DNA from: Escherichia coli
GTDB taxonomy: Bacteria; Pseudomonadota; Gammaproteobacteria; Enterobacterales; Enterobacteriaceae
Reading direction: 5' to 3' (one strand)
DNA: 64,000 nt
Assembly (NCBI RefSeq): GCF_001677475.2
Contig: NZ_CP015229.1
Within the stretch, counting starts at the first letter, position 1, and each line of letters begins with the position of its first letter. Of this stretch, positions 1 through 9,921 are shown in pieces. Both the position numbers and the translations under genes were made by a program. The notes below the pieces were generated by a model. The model ran no database searches and had not been told where the DNA came from. It saw only the letters and a list, made by a program, of their open reading frames with translations.

Positions 1-480
1 GACACTTTGTTGTGCCGGGCGGTTTTGCAGAGAAGCGATCACTTCTTCGGTATCCAGATAATGGTAAGCCAGCATATAGGTGAGCTCATCAAGCACCACT
101 AAGTCGTAACGCTTGTCAGCCAGCATCCGTTTGCTTTCCGACCAGACCTCTTTCGCCGCGTCGATATCCGCTTGTCGGTTCTGTGTTTCCCAGGTAAAAC
201 CGGTTCCCATAATATGAAACTCAACCCCCAGCGGCTGGAGAAGGTTGTATTCGCCGTTGTCCCATTGCCCCTTGATGTACTGCGCAACCCCCACCGTTTT
301 GCCATGACCCACCGCGCGCGTCACAGTACCAAACGCGGCAGTGGATTTCCCTTTGCCGTTGCCGGTGAAAACAATCAAGATCCCTTTTTTCTCTATCGCC
401 GCCGCGACGCGCGTATCGACCTGTTCCTTCAATTTCTGCTGGCGCTGCACATGCCGTTCTGTTGAAATTCGCGCTTCCAT
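1..480 (-). CDS. ATP:cob(I)alamin adenosyltransferase paralog (BtuR/CobA/CobO family), N-terminal part; gene continues past window start
   Basis: Minus-strand frame from ATG (complement 478-480) with AGGA Shine-Dalgarno upstream; translation MEARISTERHVQRQQKLKEQVDTRV...GILIVFTGNGKGKSTAAFG...VVLDELTYM matches BtuR P-loop and motifs. Not in ORF track because it runs off the window. Confidence 0.8.
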   Translation of the reverse strand, partial: MEARISTERHVQRQQKLKEQVDTRVAAAIEKKGILIVFTGNGKGKSTAAFGTVTRAVGHGKTVGVAQYIKGQWDNGEYNLLQPLGVEFHIMGTGFTWETQNRQADIDAAKEVWSESKRMLADKRYDLVVLDELTYMLAYHYLDTEEVIASLQNRPAQQSV

Positions 481-489
481 TCATTTTCC

Positions 490-2142
490 TTAATGTCCCG
501 CAGGGCAACTGGCGCAGCGGTGTTGCTGCTCAAACTGACTAAAGAAATTATTGCCTTTATCATCTACCAGGATGAATGCGGGCAGATTTTCCACTTCCAT
601 CATCCACACCGCTTCCATACCCAGCTCCGGGTATTCAAGGCAACGCAGACTTTTGACATATTCTTGCGCCAGTAACGCAGCTGCACCGCCAATACTTCCC
701 AGATTGAAGCCGCCATGTTTGTGACAGGCATCGGTGACCTGCTGGCTGCGGTTACCTTTCGATAACATCACCAGACTGCCGCCAGCCGCCTGGAAGGTAT
801 CGACATAACCGTCCATTCGACCGCCCGTGGTTGGACCCAGTGAACCGCAGGCCATGTTCTCCGGTGTTTTCGCCGGGCCAGCGTAATAGACAATATGATG
901 CTTCAGGTAATCCGGCATCGGTTCGGCGCTATCCAGCCGCGCTTTTATTTTGGCGTGGGCGATATCGCGTGCCACTACGATGGGACCACTTAACGACACG
1001 CGGGTGCCTACCGGTAATCTGGCGAGATCCTGCATCACGTCACGCAACGGACGGTTTAGATCCAGATGTACATGTTGCGCGTGATTTTCTTCCCGCAGTG
1101 AGGCTGGAATATATTGCCCCGGATTGTGTTCGAGTTTTTCCAGCCAGATACCGTGCTTGTTAATTTTTGCTTTGATATTGCGATCGGCAGAACAGGAGAG
1201 CGCCATAGCTATCGGACAAGAGCCACCGTGACGCGGCAGACGAATGACGCGAATATCATGAGCGAAATATTTACCCCCAAATTGCGCACCAATACCAAAT
1301 TGCTGACTGGCCTCGAGCAACACTTTTTCCAGCTCAATATCACGGAATGCTTGTCCCTGCTCGTTTCCGCTGGTGGGCAAATTGTCGTAATATTTCGTTG
1401 AGGCCAGCTTGGCAACTTTTAAGGTTTGATCGGCTGAAAGCCCTCCGACGACAAAGGCGATGTGGTAAGGCGGGCAGGCAGCGGTGCCCAGCGATTTCAT
1501 TTTTTCGATTAAAAATGCGGTCAGTTTTTCTGGTTGCAATAAGGATTTGGTTTCCTGATAAAGTGCGGCTTTATTGGCGGAGCCGCCCCCTTTATTAACA
1601 CAGAGAAAATGGTACTCATTACCAGCGACAGCGTTGATATCAATCTGCGCCGGGAGATTGGTTTGCGTATTGACTTCGGTATACATATCCAGCGGCGCAT
1701 TTTGTGAAAAGCGCAGATTATTTTCCTGGAAAGTGGTGTAAATGCCTTTGCTTAAGGCTTCAGCGTCGTTACCTCCGGTCCATATCTGTTGCCCTTTACT
1801 GGCAACAATAGTTGCGGTGCCGGTATCCTGACAGTTGGGTAATACCCCTTTTGCTGAGACTTCAGCATTACGTAATAACTGCAACGCAACGTATTTATCA
1901 TTACTACTGGCCTGCGGATCGTTAAGAATGCTGGCGACCTGTTGCAAATGAGCGGAACGTAAGAAAAAAGAAGCTTCATAAAATGCCTGCCGGGCAAGCA
2001 GCGTTAATGCTTCAGGTGCGATTTTTATCACTTCTTCGCCGTCTAATTCCGTTACTGTAATATGCTGATCGCTAATTAATGTATATTCTGTACCGTCTTT
2101 ATTTTGTAGAAATGGTTCTTGCCAGATAAATGGTTTGGACAT
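490..2142 (-). CDS. fumD: Class I (Fe-S) fumarate hydratase family; probable mesaconase/fumarase
   Basis: 550-aa ORF, length and sequence typical of FumA/FumB-type hydro-lyases; sits in a glutamate mutase/methylaspartase cluster. The fumD symbol is from my recollection of the E. coli O157:H7 locus. Confidence 0.8.
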   Translation of the reverse strand: MSKPFIWQEPFLQNKDGTEYTLISDQHITVTELDGEEVIKIAPEALTLLARQAFYEASFFLRSAHLQQVASILNDPQASSNDKYVALQLLRNAEVSAKGVLPNCQDTGTATIVASKGQQIWTGGNDAEALSKGIYTTFQENNLRFSQNAPLDMYTEVNTQTNLPAQIDINAVAGNEYHFLCVNKGGGSANKAALYQETKSLLQPEKLTAFLIEKMKSLGTAACPPYHIAFVVGGLSADQTLKVAKLASTKYYDNLPTSGNEQGQAFRDIELEKVLLEASQQFGIGAQFGGKYFAHDIRVIRLPRHGGSCPIAMALSCSADRNIKAKINKHGIWLEKLEHNPGQYIPASLREENHAQHVHLDLNRPLRDVMQDLARLPVGTRVSLSGPIVVARDIAHAKIKARLDSAEPMPDYLKHHIVYYAGPAKTPENMACGSLGPTTGGRMDGYVDTFQAAGGSLVMLSKGNRSQQVTDACHKHGGFNLGSIGGAAALLAQEYVKSLRCLEYPELGMEAVWMMEVENLPAFILVDDKGNNFFSQFEQQHRCASCPAGH

Positions 2143-2249
2143 ATTTCACTTTTCACCTTAAACGTTAGTGTTACTTAATTGCCGTCTAACTTCATGATCC
2201 GGCTTATAAAAATGCATAGTCATTGGCTTCTGATTGCTTAAGATCCCCC

Positions 2250-3530
2250 TCAGGGCAGAGCAACGTTCGATTCATTGGGTTTTAATGCTTTACCCCGACA
2301 GCCCTCGCCGAAATGTTCGCCTTCCCACCGACTCACCATCGCAGCGCCCATTGCGTTGCTCATGACGTTTGTCGCGGAACGCCCCATATCAAGGAACGGA
2401 TCAACGCCCATCAGCAAGATCAGCCCCGCTTCCGGAATATTGAACTGGTTGAGCGTGGCGGCGATAACCACCATTGAAGCGCGTGGTACGCCAGCCATTC
2501 CTTTCGAGGTCAACATCAGGATCAACAGCATGGTGATTTGCTCACCGATGGATAAATGGATATTGCAGGCCTGGGCGATGAAAACTGTGGCGAAGGAGCA
2601 GTAGGCCATTGATCCAACGAGATTAAATGAGTAGCCAATGGGTAAGACAAAGCTGGCAATTTTGGGGGAAACGCCAAATTGCTCCAGTTTTTCAAGCGTT
2701 CCTGGAAAAGCCGCTTCAGAACTGGATGTGGTAAATGCCAGCAGGGCGGGTTCCGAAAGGGCGCGGGTCAGGCGTCTGATGCAGGGGCCGACATAAACGA
2801 TGGCCAGACCGATAAGCAGCACCCAAAGTAACAACATGGTGAAATAAAATTCACCCATAAAGATCCCGGCGCTCACCATAACTGCCAGTCCTCGTTCAGC
2901 AATCAATGCTGAAATAGCGGCGAATACGGTCAGGGGAGCGAAGAGCATGACGTAGCCAGTGAGCTTTAACATGGCATGTGCCAGCGAATCTAAGGCGTGA
3001 ACGATGGCGCTGCCTTTCTCGCCAATCGCCGTCAGGCTACAGCCGAGGAAAATTGAGAACACCACGATTTGCAAAATTTCATTGTGCGCCATGGCATCGA
3101 CAATGCTGGTGGGGAAAGCATGCGAAATAAATACTTTTAGCGTGAAGGGTTCTGACGCGACCACTCCAGTGGTTTCGGCACCGTGTGCAACAAAATTAAT
3201 TCCTGTACCTGGCATGAAGAAATTTACTGTTATTAAGCCTAAGGCAATTGACAGCAATGAGGCGCAAATAAATAAAAAGAGTGTTTTAGAAAAAATACGA
3301 CCAAGGGCTTTGGCATCGCCCATTTTAGCAATACCTACCACCAGGGTAGAGACCACTAACGGAGCGATAATCATTTTTATCAGTCGTAAGAAAATCGTCG
3401 TGAATATCGATATTTCTTGCGCATAGAGTTTTGCGGTTTCCGGTGAAGCAGTGTTATTGAGCACTACGCCGATAACCATTCCAAGTACCAGCGCCAAAAG
3501 AATCATCGTGGTTAAACTTATTTTCTTCAT
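2250..3530 (-). CDS. Dicarboxylate/amino acid:cation symporter (GltP/DctA-like), possible glutamate or C4/C5-dicarboxylate transporter
   Basis: Hydrophobic multi-TM ORF with DAACS-like motifs; start chosen at MKKISL (complement ATG 3528-3530) preceded by GGAGG; ORF-track start at 3551 rejected. Confidence 0.75.
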   Translation of the reverse strand: MKKISLTTMILLALVLGMVIGVVLNNTASPETAKLYAQEISIFTTIFLRLIKMIIAPLVVSTLVVGIAKMGDAKALGRIFSKTLFLFICASLLSIALGLITVNFFMPGTGINFVAHGAETTGVVASEPFTLKVFISHAFPTSIVDAMAHNEILQIVVFSIFLGCSLTAIGEKGSAIVHALDSLAHAMLKLTGYVMLFAPLTVFAAISALIAERGLAVMVSAGIFMGEFYFTMLLLWVLLIGLAIVYVGPCIRRLTRALSEPALLAFTTSSSEAAFPGTLEKLEQFGVSPKIASFVLPIGYSFNLVGSMAYCSFATVFIAQACNIHLSIGEQITMLLILMLTSKGMAGVPRASMVVIAATLNQFNIPEAGLILLMGVDPFLDMGRSATNVMSNAMGAAMVSRWEGEHFGEGCRGKALKPNESNVALP

Positions 3531-3580
3531 TTTTTCCTCCATCAGGTGCACGGCGATAAATCAGAATCAGGAGAAGTAGA

Positions 3581-3602
3581 TGCCTGAATAGAGATTCAGG
3601 CA
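3581..3602 (-). other. Perfect hairpin (tgcctgaat-aga-attcaggca) in intergenic gap inside the island operon
   Basis: Inverted repeat read directly between the DUF4387-like gene stop and the transporter start. Confidence 0.4.
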
Positions 3603-3690
3603 TCTACCTGCTATTACAACCTTACAAATAGCTGAAGTGTTGAACTGCAATAAGTGACGGGATGTCAGTTGGCTAAAAGTGTTCGGATTT

Positions 3691-4008
3691 TTACAAATCG
3701 AAACTCATATTTAATAAAGGTGCATGTTGCTGTGCACCATAGACATCATTGTCACCTACATTCCCGGAGATAATATCTCGTGGCATGACGATTTTTACTG
3801 CGTTAGAAGGATCAAACCAGACAATACGATGAATAAAGTCAGGTTCAACATGATATAAGCGCGCAATCAGTTCTGGGGTTAATTGCCCTGATGATTTAAC
3901 TCGCTCATAGTTTTCTTTGGTTTTAAATAAAATATCTAAAACCAGTTCGTAAGGTCCGGCATTTTTCGAACGAATGACTTGCGCCAGTGAGACAATTGAC
4001 TGTTTCAT
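3691..4008 (-). CDS. Small conserved protein of unknown function (DUF4387-like), partner of upstream AtuA-like gene
   Basis: 105-aa ORF; start overlaps upstream gene stop by 4 bp; family assignment from memory of DUF1446/DUF4387 pairing. Confidence 0.6.
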   Translation of the reverse strand: MKQSIVSLAQVIRSKNAGPYELVLDILFKTKENYERVKSSGQLTPELIARLYHVEPDFIHRIVWFDPSNAVKIVMPRDIISGNVGDNDVYGAQQHAPLLNMSFDL

Positions 4009-5375
4009 GCCTGAACTCCTTCTGGCGTCACCTGTTCAATATGGAAATCAAAACGCAGAGCGTCGTTGGCTTCAATCAGGTGATATATGGAAAATTCGTA
4101 TACTGGCCCGCCCTGGATATCAGAAGGGGAGAACGGGAACGCCAGGTTGCCTGCGGTAGCGATGCGGTTTTCATAGCCGTAGTGCAGCATAGTAGAGCGC
4201 ACCAGCGAGCAAACGCTGTTGGCAATTTCCTGGGTCGATGCAACTACATCTAGCACAATCCCCAGCTCATGCCCGGCAGTTTGCATCGGTTCATGGTCGC
4301 CCATCACCCCGTTTTTGCCGTACAGGTGGAAATTGATGCGAATGCTGTCATCGTCGAGCGACAGGTTACGCGAAACGCTGGTTTTGACTTCATCGATGAT
4401 TTTATCGATCCCGGCGATCATGATCGGGTCGCGCGTTCCTGCGATGGTCAGACAGCGGAAGCCCACTCGTCGCGCACCTTCCAGTTTCAGGGCATACGGC
4501 GTTCCTTCATGCTTAGAACCGCTGACGTACACTTCGCCGTCATTGACCGCTTTAAATGTGCAGCCTTTCAGGTTCAACACGCCGCCAGGTCCAGGCAGGA
4601 AGTAGGGATCGGATTTCTCATACAGTGTGTGTGCAGCCGCTGACGTTTCGGTAAATTTACGCTTCGGATTAAATGTCTTCAGCGTAAAGCCGTTGTCATC
4701 AATGATGCCCATCGCACAGTCAGAGCCTGAGCCGGGCGTTGCGGCGATTGCCGCGCATTCAAGGATTTTCCCACAATGCAGCGCCAGACCTTCATCAAAG
4801 CCTTGCATGATCGGTAGCGCAGCAAAGCAGGCCGGGTCGTAAGCGCGCCCGCCCAGCACCACTTGCGCGCCTTCTTTCAGCGCCTGCTGGAAGGGTTCGA
4901 TGCCCATTTGCGCGACGATATACGTACTTTCGTCAATCGCGTCGTGGGTTAACGGCGGGACAAAATCCAGCGCCGTGATTTTGCCGTTATCCAGCGCCTG
5001 GTGGACGATGGCTTTGTCAACGTCTGCCGGGATCAACGCCATCGAGAACGAGAGGTGCTCTTCCCGGGCAATCTCATGAATTATTTCTCGGCACCACTCC
5101 AGGTGTGGTGCGGCACCAGAACCGCCAGCCGTTCCGATCACCACCGGTATATTATTTTGCACGCCTGCGGTGATCATATAGCGCAGATCGCGCTTGACCC
5201 CTGCGCGATCGGTAAACGGTTTGCCTGCCCCGAGGTAGTGGGGGCCTGGATCGGAAGAGCCTGCATCAACGGCGATCAGATCGGGCGATTCTGCCATCGC
5301 TTTGCGGAAGCTCTCTTCCGGGAATCCATACCCGAGGATTGCCGTTGGCGATAAGACTTTAAAAGAACGAGCCAT
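4005..5375 (-). CDS. AtuA-like (DUF1446) family protein of unknown function
   Basis: 456-aa ORF, in-operon between methylaspartase and the DUF4387-like gene; family call from sequence feel, not a search. Confidence 0.6.
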   Translation of the reverse strand: MARSFKVLSPTAILGYGFPEESFRKAMAESPDLIAVDAGSSDPGPHYLGAGKPFTDRAGVKRDLRYMITAGVQNNIPVVIGTAGGSGAAPHLEWCREIIHEIAREEHLSFSMALIPADVDKAIVHQALDNGKITALDFVPPLTHDAIDESTYIVAQMGIEPFQQALKEGAQVVLGGRAYDPACFAALPIMQGFDEGLALHCGKILECAAIAATPGSGSDCAMGIIDDNGFTLKTFNPKRKFTETSAAAHTLYEKSDPYFLPGPGGVLNLKGCTFKAVNDGEVYVSGSKHEGTPYALKLEGARRVGFRCLTIAGTRDPIMIAGIDKIIDEVKTSVSRNLSLDDDSIRINFHLYGKNGVMGDHEPMQTAGHELGIVLDVVASTQEIANSVCSLVRSTMLHYGYENRIATAGNLAFPFSPSDIQGGPVYEFSIYHLIEANDALRFDFHIEQVTPEGVQA

Positions 5376-5378
5376 TTG

Positions 5379-6620
5379 TTAATCCTTAGCCTGCAACAGC
5401 GCGATAGTACGATTCATTTCGTTGAAGACAATATCGAGGCCTTCGTCAAAGCCCATCCCAGGTTTTACCAGCATACGCATAGGGCGAGCGGCAAGGGCGA
5501 CGTGGACACAGGTGCGTGCACTGACATCAGTTTCATTGCAGGTGCCGCCCTGGTACGCTTCCATGTTGTGGCTGTTGCAATAAAGAACTGCATCGACGAT
5601 GTTGTGAATACTGCCCAGATCCGGGGTTTTGATTTGCACCATGTGGCAACTGGCGGCATCAGTGAAATCAACAATATCCTGGTAGGTGTTACACCATTCA
5701 TCGGCCACAATTTTCACGCCGGAACCGAGGCGCATCAGCTCTTTGGTAATCGCGGTCAGCAGGCGAATTTGATCGGGCTTGTTACCGGCATCGACCGGCC
5801 CTTCAATGTAGAGCGGCAGGCCTTGCGCTTCTTTTTCCAGGCTGGCGATGTATTGCGCACAGCGAAGCGGATCCATATCGAAGATCAGACCGATAGTGCC
5901 GTATACATCGATGTGCAGGGTTGGGTGGTAGCGTGCGCTGGTGCGCTTGCTCAGAATGCGATCCGACAGCCAGCGGACATATTCGCGCAGTTTTTCACCT
6001 TTAAAGCCCAGCTTCTCTTCGACGTTATTAATCAGCGCATGGGGCAGCACGTCGATGCCTTTAAGGATCATCTTATCGACGGCGATATATCGATCGTCGC
6101 CGCTCTGACCAAATAATGGAATGGATTCCGCCACGCGTGGCAACTGCCATTCATCACAGACCACTTCAGTTTTCAGACGGCCGGTTGCCAGCGCGGCAGC
6201 ATCAAGCAGCGCCTGTGATAATCCGTAGCGCACGGCGGTATGCAGCAAGTTGCCGTCAATACGCAATTTGTCGAAGAAACGGGCATTCGGCAGGAAAGCA
6301 TCCACATCGCGGCCTACCAGTAATGGCTTAATATGGTCGTTGAGGAACGGAATAAAGTGCTCTGCGAGGAACAGTGGATCGCGACCACCTGCCCCGGAAT
6401 ACTGTACGGCAGCACAGTCACCTACAGCGACCGCGCCGTTTTCCAGAATCAACTGTACCGATACGCACTCCCCAGCCTGACGTACGGCGTTAAACCCTTG
6501 TGTTACTGGCTCCCCGGTATAAAAAAAGCCGTCGTGACCCGCTCCGTTTTTTATCGCCTGCTGGTCATCGAAATAGAATGAGGAATAGCCAGCGGTGAAC
6601 AGGGCCTGTTTTATTTTCAT
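5379..6620 (-). CDS. 3-methylaspartate ammonia-lyase (methylaspartase)
   Basis: 413-aa ORF with blocks CAAVQYSGAGGRDPLF, HIDVYGTIG, HMVQIKTPDLG, KPGMG.DEG matching clostridial methylaspartase; enolase-superfamily length. Confidence 0.9.
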   Translation of the reverse strand: MKIKQALFTAGYSSFYFDDQQAIKNGAGHDGFFYTGEPVTQGFNAVRQAGECVSVQLILENGAVAVGDCAAVQYSGAGGRDPLFLAEHFIPFLNDHIKPLLVGRDVDAFLPNARFFDKLRIDGNLLHTAVRYGLSQALLDAAALATGRLKTEVVCDEWQLPRVAESIPLFGQSGDDRYIAVDKMILKGIDVLPHALINNVEEKLGFKGEKLREYVRWLSDRILSKRTSARYHPTLHIDVYGTIGLIFDMDPLRCAQYIASLEKEAQGLPLYIEGPVDAGNKPDQIRLLTAITKELMRLGSGVKIVADEWCNTYQDIVDFTDAASCHMVQIKTPDLGSIHNIVDAVLYCNSHNMEAYQGGTCNETDVSARTCVHVALAARPMRMLVKPGMGFDEGLDIVFNEMNRTIALLQAKD

Positions 6621-8065
6621 TATGGTCTTCCTATTAATTTACTGTGGGATACAGCATTGATGTCATCTACAACCATCTGGAATGTCGGTTGGCGTCCTTC
6701 AAAGCGTGCGCGTTCCGCAACGTAATCGTGGTGGAGGTCGAGAATATCTTTTGGCAATGGAACGGCTCCGGCTTCCAGTACGCGTATCGCGCCGGTGTTG
6801 TCACGGACCGGAAGAATTTTGCCCGCGTTGCAGGCGGCTGGCGCAAATGGCACATCCAGTACGCCCGCTTCAAATGCCAGCACCGTTCCGCGCGCAATAT
6901 CATCATTACCCAGTTCGAACACTTTATTCAGTACTGCGCGAACCTCGCTCTTAATCAGTTCAATTTCCAGTTCAACCGCAGGGCACGGCGGAAATTTCTG
7001 CTCATTGACCATGTTGAGCATCTGGCGGGAGGCTTTTAGCCCCTGAATGTTGGCAGCGGCAGTCGGGATGCCCCAGGCTTCGTGCGGACTTTTGGTGATG
7101 ACTTTGGTGGCACCAGACATCCCCGCGACGGCTGCGCCCCAGGAGATAATAGCGAACGCTTTCGATTCGTCTTCCGGAAAGCCGCCCATCCACTGGTGAA
7201 ACACGGTACTTAATTCATAGTCGGTATAGCCATAGCTCTGAAAGTAGTCATGTGCAAGTTCACGCAGAGACTGGATCGCCGCAACATCCTGCGTCAGGCT
7301 GCCGACCTGTCCATAACCAACGGTGATAGATTTCACACCCTGTTCCAGTGCCAGCAATCCTTCGATTATCGCGATAGAGTGCGAGATAAACGGCGGGATC
7401 AGCGTACCCGTTAGTGGGCCAAACGGTTCGCGGTTGATGCGGATCCCGTGTTCTTCATACATCCCCATTAAACGGTCGCAGTACTGCCAGTCGCGGATCG
7501 ATTTTTCCAGCGTTACGCGTTTGGCATACGGAATGTTGTAGGAAATGCCGCCGCCTTCATAACTGGTAAAGCCGCTGGACATCGAGATTTCAGCCAGCAG
7601 ACGTGCATCTGGCGTGCCGTGGCGGATCTGTAGCGGTTTTTGCAGGGTTTCGGTGAGGCGACGGCAAGCAGCGACACCATGGTTAACTACCGGTAAACCG
7701 TTCAGTTTAGAGGTTCCGGCTTCGATGGATTTTTTAATCCCTACAGCCGCTTCTTCGTACCGATTCAGACGGGTATATGCATCGATGGTGCTTGGCAGCA
7801 GATCGCACTCTTCTTGTAGTGTTTTCAGTAGTTCGATGTGTTCGTCCATCAGCGCCACACCTGCGCGTGGTTGGCTAAGGGTTTTTCCTTCCTTGTCTGC
7901 TTTCAGCAGCGCAAGAGAGAAGCGTTTATGCTCAGGAATGGTTTGTTGGTATTTAACGCCATCTTCAAAGTTTTCAACATCCTTGCCGGTTTCCCAGGTT
8001 TTCAGTACCTGTTGCCGCTCGGTCATGAATTCGTCATGGGTTAATTTCTTATTTCGAAGTTCCAT
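6620..8065 (-). CDS. Glutamate mutase epsilon (E, catalytic) subunit
   Basis: 481-aa ORF; MELRNKK..., PRAGVALMDEHIELL, HGTPDARLLAEI, FHQWMGGFPEDESKAF match GlmE/MutE; 1-bp overlap with downstream methylaspartase gene. Confidence 0.9.
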   Translation of the reverse strand: MELRNKKLTHDEFMTERQQVLKTWETGKDVENFEDGVKYQQTIPEHKRFSLALLKADKEGKTLSQPRAGVALMDEHIELLKTLQEECDLLPSTIDAYTRLNRYEEAAVGIKKSIEAGTSKLNGLPVVNHGVAACRRLTETLQKPLQIRHGTPDARLLAEISMSSGFTSYEGGGISYNIPYAKRVTLEKSIRDWQYCDRLMGMYEEHGIRINREPFGPLTGTLIPPFISHSIAIIEGLLALEQGVKSITVGYGQVGSLTQDVAAIQSLRELAHDYFQSYGYTDYELSTVFHQWMGGFPEDESKAFAIISWGAAVAGMSGATKVITKSPHEAWGIPTAAANIQGLKASRQMLNMVNEQKFPPCPAVELEIELIKSEVRAVLNKVFELGNDDIARGTVLAFEAGVLDVPFAPAACNAGKILPVRDNTGAIRVLEAGAVPLPKDILDLHHDYVAERARFEGRQPTFQMVVDDINAVSHSKLIGRP

Positions 8066-8083
8066 TGATTGCAGCCTTAATTG

Positions 8084-9472
8084 TTATAGGGTTAAGCATT
8101 GAATACTGGTGCGCGCGGCGGCCAGCGGATCGACTCTGGCGACGTTTGCCAGCAGTGGTAATAGCCCCCGGGAATCGCGGTAATATTCAAATTCGGTCGG
8201 TAAGAGAATGCGTTTACCGTCGTCGTTTAACTCGCGGTATTTCAACCAGTGATGCATATCGAACTGACTGGCACGCGAGAGCCATCCGCCGGAACCCACG
8301 ACTTTACGCACGGTTGTCAGGTCACGTCCCATCTGTAAATCGACATTGCCGACGCAGGTGCAGACCTCTTTTTTGGTGCCCGCATGTCTTTCGGTGGCAT
8401 AACCCACACACAGTCCGGCCAGGACGGTATCGAAATATTTCTCTTCTGCATTTGCGGGTAAGTAGTCGGGATGAGCGACTAAATGACGGAGATAATGATA
8501 AAAAGCGTCCAGCTGTGCGGGTTGCTGAGCAAAATTCACATTGACTAACTCTTTCGCACTTTCACCAACCACCACTGCCGAGACGCGCATTCCCAGATCG
8601 CCTTCCACCGTCCGTTTTACGAAGGGTTCCGGTACGCCGTGTAAAACGGTGTCGGGCGAGAGCGTGTTGGCACAGGCGGAATAGACATCGGTGGTTGCGC
8701 CGCCCATGTCGATCAGCATGAACTCTTTCCAGCTGTGATCGACGTTACTGATTGCCTTAACCAGTTCAAAGACCGTCCATGGTGTCGGCCTTGGTTCTTC
8801 GCCTGTTTTATCAACAATGACATCCAGCCCTTTCCCTTTAACGATGCGTTTAAGGAATATGTCGCAAATAGCCTGGCGTGCGGCTAAAGGGTTCGGATGG
8901 TCAAGATCGGGCAGAACGTTGTCGACGATGGTCAGGTCTTTATGCCCGAGGAGCTCCTGCACCTCGTCCTGAATATCCCGGTTTCCGGCATAAATAATGG
9001 CGCAGTCGAGTTGGGATTCTGCCAGCACACGGGCGTTATTCAGTCCGTAACTTTCTTCTCCGCCGTCGGTGCCGCCGGTGAACAAGAGAATATCGGGCTG
9101 CGTTTCTTCCAGTGCCTGGATATCACGGCGGTTCAGCTTGTAGGAGTAATATTGCGCAATTTTAGCCCCCGCAGAGTGAGCGGTTACTTTCGCGGTTTCC
9201 AGGGTGATAGAAGGCACCAATCCCATTGCGGCAACCGCCAGCCCACCTTTGGCAGAGGAGGAATACTTTAATGCAACCTCACCACTGTTTAACAGGGGGA
9301 GGGCATCATCTACGTTTAACACCTGGTCCAGGCTGGAGAAAAACCCCTTCGCCAGATGATGGGTGGTGGTTGGGGTCAGAACGTGGTTAACCAACGTTAA
9401 CGCGTCCCCCTCCCGGGTGAAGAGGGCTGCTTTGGTCCACGTCGAACCAATATCGACAGAGACGATTTGCAT
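8084..9472 (-). CDS. Glutamate mutase component L (MutL/GlmL-type putative reactivating chaperone)
   Basis: 462-aa ORF between the S and E subunit genes, the position GlmL occupies in clostridial operons; N-terminus [18 protein letters not shown] is actin/hsp70-fold like. Confidence 0.8.
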   Translation of the reverse strand: MQIVSVDIGSTWTKAALFTREGDALTLVNHVLTPTTTHHLAKGFFSSLDQVLNVDDALPLLNSGEVALKYSSSAKGGLAVAAMGLVPSITLETAKVTAHSAGAKIAQYYSYKLNRRDIQALEETQPDILLFTGGTDGGEESYGLNNARVLAESQLDCAIIYAGNRDIQDEVQELLGHKDLTIVDNVLPDLDHPNPLAARQAICDIFLKRIVKGKGLDVIVDKTGEEPRPTPWTVFELVKAISNVDHSWKEFMLIDMGGATTDVYSACANTLSPDTVLHGVPEPFVKRTVEGDLGMRVSAVVVGESAKELVNVNFAQQPAQLDAFYHYLRHLVAHPDYLPANAEEKYFDTVLAGLCVGYATERHAGTKKEVCTCVGNVDLQMGRDLTTVRKVVGSGGWLSRASQFDMHHWLKYRELNDDGKRILLPTEFEYYRDSRGLLPLLANVARVDPLAAARTSIQCLTL

Positions 9473-9921
9473 CAGATTGCCTCTTCAAGAATGCGAGTAT
9501 CAACGTCATGACGTTGGTTGATATCGTGGGCCATCAGCTGACAAACATCTTCTAAGTCATGACTTGGGGAAAAGACGCGATCAAATCCCATCTCTTTGAA
9601 CTTGGTTTCCACGTCAGCGAAGTCATGTTTTCCGACCACCAGGTTACCGCCCACATAGAGCAGGATGTTACCCAGCCCACGCTCGATGCAGCGTTCGCGC
9701 ATGCCCAGACAATCGATATCGCCATGCCCATAGATAGAAGAGACGACAATCGCGTCAGCGCCAGTTTCAATAGCAGCATCAATATATTCGTCCTGGCTGA
9801 CCATTACGCCCAGATTAATGACTCTGAAGTCGTGGTTGCTAAAAACGCGGTCCAGAACTTTATTGCCTACTGCATGGCAGTCCGCGCCAATAACGCCAAT
9901 CACAAGTGTTGCTTTCTTCAT
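9472..9921 (-). CDS. Glutamate mutase sigma (S, B12-binding) subunit
   Basis: [24 protein letters not shown] carries the DxHxxG cobalamin-binding motif; start moved to internal ATG (complement 9919-9921) with AAGGA SD; ORF-track start 9984 rejected. Confidence 0.9.
   Translation of the reverse strand: MKKATLVIGVIGADCHAVGNKVLDRVFSNHDFRVINLGVMVSQDEYIDAAIETGADAIVVSSIYGHGDIDCLGMRERCIERGLGNILLYVGGNLVVGKHDFADVETKFKEMGFDRVFSPSHDLEDVCQLMAHDINQRHDVDTRILEEAI

Noticed and set aside
5376-6116. 246-aa plus-strand ORF antisense to the methylaspartase gene
   Set aside because: Entirely within a strongly supported enolase-superfamily gene on the other strand; no independent start signal.
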